Under the pieces are notes generated by a model that did no database searches, was not told the origin of the DNA, and worked only from the letters and a program-made list of their open reading frames with translations. Below, one piece after another: positions 61,923 to 64,000 of a stretch of DNA of 64,000 nt; the stretch's first letter is position 1; every line of letters begins with the position of its first letter. This stretch comes from Candidatus Hydrogenedens sp. (lineage in GTDB: Bacteria > Hydrogenedentota > Hydrogenedentia > Hydrogenedentales > Hydrogenedentaceae), in the NCBI GenBank assembly GCA_049968235.1, contig JBMFRC010000007.1, positions 1-64,000 of the forward strand. The letters are read 5' to 3'. Both the position numbers and the translations under genes were made by a program.

Positions 61923-63590
61923 TTAATGGAAGAAACTTTTTTTACAGGTTCCGAAGATATTCCCACAGGTTGTTATGCTAAGTTCCTTAATATAATTTTC
62001 AAGTTCACCCATAGTTATTGTCTGATTCTTATTCGCATCAATTTCTGAGAAAAATTCCTGTGTAACCTGAGGATATTTTTGTATGATTTCTGAAAAAGTT
62101 AGCACTCCATCTCCATCTATATTACAATAACTGAATGTGGAGAATATCTGCAAAACAAGGTTTCTCTTTTCATCTTTATCCAATGTTTTAATTTTCTGAT
62201 AACTGACATCTAGCGTAATATAAAAGGCGTGTGGAATATAGACCTGCTTTTGAGGGGGAGTTATATATCCATCTATATCAGAAAAAATAATTTTATAAAA
62301 ACCTATTGGAAATATTGCTATTTCACCGGATTTCTTCCATTCTTCCTTTCCTTGTATCTGCCATCCAGCATTTAACTTAACTACTTCATCCGGGAAAATA
62401 TTAACTACGATTCCTCCCGATTTCCAATAATTTACTTCTATAACTTTATCCTCGTTCTCACCAATTTCTACTTGAATATATTCAGAAGTTGACCAACCTA
62501 CCGGTTGAGTAAAAAACACTTTATAAATACCTGCATAAAGATTTTCTACTTTATCACCACTATTATACAGATTATCATCACCTTCAATTTGCCACTGAGC
62601 ACCACTTAAAACCGCATCATTAGGAGTTAAAATAACCGTTAATGAACTATATAATGGGGTTTCTCCCTCTCCTTCTAAGGACCCTTCCGGAATACCTTCC
62701 GGAATACCTTCCAAAATACCTTCACCTTCCGGAGGTTCTCCTTCCCCACACCCCACACATCCTCCTCCATTATCTTTCTTTGCTGGATTCAAGACACTCC
62801 CTTTATATCCCTCTACACCATACCCTTTTATTATATTCCACCGATATTCACCATAATTGCAGACCCCATCCCTATCCGCATCCCCTACCTTACTTAAATA
62901 CCTCGCCATACTTAAATCAAATTGACTCATATCCGGCATCGGAACATATATCGGTAAGTCTTCTATCATCCCTAAAAGCATATCTATTGTCGTCTTTTCT
63001 CCTACCGTTGTCAATCCCGATACTACCCCTTCAAATTTACTCCTATCCAATAGTATAAATACCACAGGCTGAACCAACTGTATTTCATCTGCATATAACC
63101 TCGTGCTTTCTACATTATAGCGATATGCCTGCTTCACACAACAATGTATCTCCTGAGTATTTTCCCTCAATACTTCATCTAATAACCACGCTTGAACTAC
63201 ATCTATCATCCCATTCGTATCCAAATCTGCCGTATCCGGTTCCTCTCCTACATACTCATACAACCACCGTAAATCTTCCTCAAAATGGCTCTCTCCCAAT
63301 ACATCATCACATCCCCCTATACACGGCTCTATATTGCATGGGTCAAACAAACCCTCTCCTTCCCCTTCTATCACTCCTTCTATACTACCTTCGATAATAA
63401 CCTCTCCTTCCATCACTCCTTCTATACTACCTTCTATTACTCCTTCTCCATTTACCATGCCCTCCGTTATCCCTTCATTACTTACAATCGTATCATTTGC
63501 GAACAATGCTTGTTGTAAAAAATACCCCCAAAAAATAAGCATAAAGAATGCAAAAACACTATTCCTATACGCTTTACTTTTCTTATCCAT
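61923..63590 (-). CDS. Secreted protein with two EGEG-type acidic linkers and a C-terminal EF-hand/dockerin-like Ca-binding pair
   Basis: Start chosen at the internal Met (MDKKSKAYRNSVFAFFMLIFWG… signal peptide) rather than the track's 63704. (IEGx)n and (PEGx)n tracts. C-terminal NIDGDGVLTFSEI…DANKNQTITMGELENYI. Confidence 0.5.
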   Translation of the reverse strand: MDKKSKAYRNSVFAFFMLIFWGYFLQQALFANDTIVSNEGITEGMVNGEGVIEGSIEGVMEGEVIIEGSIEGVIEGEGEGLFDPCNIEPCIGGCDDVLGESHFEEDLRWLYEYVGEEPDTADLDTNGMIDVVQAWLLDEVLRENTQEIHCCVKQAYRYNVESTRLYADEIQLVQPVVFILLDRSKFEGVVSGLTTVGEKTTIDMLLGMIEDLPIYVPMPDMSQFDLSMARYLSKVGDADRDGVCNYGEYRWNIIKGYGVEGYKGSVLNPAKKDNGGGCVGCGEGEPPEGEGILEGIPEGIPEGSLEGEGETPLYSSLTVILTPNDAVLSGAQWQIEGDDNLYNSGDKVENLYAGIYKVFFTQPVGWSTSEYIQVEIGENEDKVIEVNYWKSGGIVVNIFPDEVVKLNAGWQIQGKEEWKKSGEIAIFPIGFYKIIFSDIDGYITPPQKQVYIPHAFYITLDVSYQKIKTLDKDEKRNLVLQIFSTFSYCNIDGDGVLTFSEIIQKYPQVTQEFFSEIDANKNQTITMGELENYIKELSITTCGNIFGTCKKSFFH

Positions 63591-63652
63591 ATAATTCTTT
63601 CTATATCTGTTCTTAATTATATCCTTTAAAGAGGAGATTTTGTTCAATAAAT

Positions 63653-64000
63653 TTAAATTTCTTCTATAGCCATTGCGGTTGTCTTTACAAGATGTGTCTT
63701 CCAATTTAGTTTCCTGATTAACTCTTTACCTTGTTTTTTAGACTCTACAATAACAAAAAAGGTTGACCCACTACCTGTCATTCCCACATACGGAAAACCC
63801 ATTTTTTTTATTTTTAATTTTAATTCATATAATTCTGGATAAATACAAAATGCGGGTAATTCTAATCGATTGTATATAACCTTCTTCCAATTCCTTTTCC
63901 GTAATGCATATATTACTTTTCTAAACCTAATACTATATTTAATTGCAACTACATGTGAAGGTCGAATACTTAATGCGGGATGTTGATACACCTTTGCGGT
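63653..64000 (-). CDS. ispE: 3' portion of a GHMP-kinase gene, probably 4-diphosphocytidyl-2-C-methyl-D-erythritol kinase; start lies beyond the window end
   Basis: C-terminal GHMP motif MTGSGSTFFVI, positioned as in IspE. Reading frame is open to the window edge. Confidence 0.4.
   Translation of the reverse strand, partial: TAKVYQHPALSIRPSHVVAIKYSIRFRKVIYALRKRNWKKVIYNRLELPAFCIYPELYELKLKIKKMGFPYVGMTGSGSTFFVIVESKKQGKELIRKLNWKTHLVKTTAMAIEEI

Noticed and set aside
62642-63594. Several plus-strand ORFs (62642-63058, 63125-63397, 63285-63518, 63334-63594) with His/Leu/Pro-rich low-complexity products
   Set aside because: All lie antisense or out of frame within the 61923-63590 minus-strand gene and derive from its repetitive linker-coding DNA. 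They have no independent start context.

Overview
This 64-kb window is AT-rich and densely coding. It looks like a chromosomal segment of a diderm bacterium, because it carries a PilQ secretin and a Wzm/Wzt-type glycan exporter, and the organism is probably uncultivated. I found no rRNA, tRNA, CRISPR array, transposase or integrase. The content falls into seven blocks.

1. 1-14.2 kb: a polysaccharide/glycoconjugate biosynthesis cluster. It holds the 3' end of an upstream gene, wzm and wzt, four GT2/GT4 glycosyltransferases, two divergently transcribed radical-SAM/SPASM enzymes, a 783-aa fusion protein, a secreted DUF1080-like protein and a Dpm1-like polyprenyl-phosphate glycosyltransferase. 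It ends at a bidirectional terminator.

2. 14.2-23 kb: lipid and nucleotide-sugar genes. These are a long acyl-CoA dehydrogenase, an acyl-CoA synthetase, a double-hotdog MaoC-like protein, a nucleotide-sugar dehydrogenase and a GT39/83-like membrane glycosyltransferase.

3. 23-30 kb: a secreted GH-like protein and a 1598-aa surface protein. The surface protein has GLUG repeats, PASTA-like modules, an EGEG linker and a C-terminal tandem dockerin-like module.

4. 30.2-37.4 kb: rplM-rpsI with a terminator, a GC-rich island that may be a structured RNA, and a complete pilMNOPQ operon.

5. 37.5-48.9 kb: a MaoC-like protein, a GH2 beta-galactosidase, rmlC, a membrane-anchored binding-protein-like gene, a YhaM-like OB/HD nuclease, a URO-D-family protein and uvrA.

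6. 48.9-57.4 kb: an adhesin-like beta-helix protein, a sphingosine-1-phosphate-lyase-like PLP enzyme, a PspC-domain protein, a CoA-transferase, a variant HAD hydrolase and a neutral-ceramidase-like protein. Together these may form a sphingolipid-catabolism-like neighbourhood.

7. 57.5-64 kb: a REC-GAF-HD-GYP response regulator, two more secreted EGEG-linker proteins (one carries the same dockerin-like module N-terminally plus a PKD domain and a beta-helix), and the 3' part of an ispE-like GHMP kinase.

The most unusual signals are the shared dockerin-like/EGEG module family, the radical-SAM pair embedded in the ABC-exported glycan cluster, and the ceramidase/S1P-lyase-like pairing. All functional calls rest on motif recognition by eye; no database search was run.
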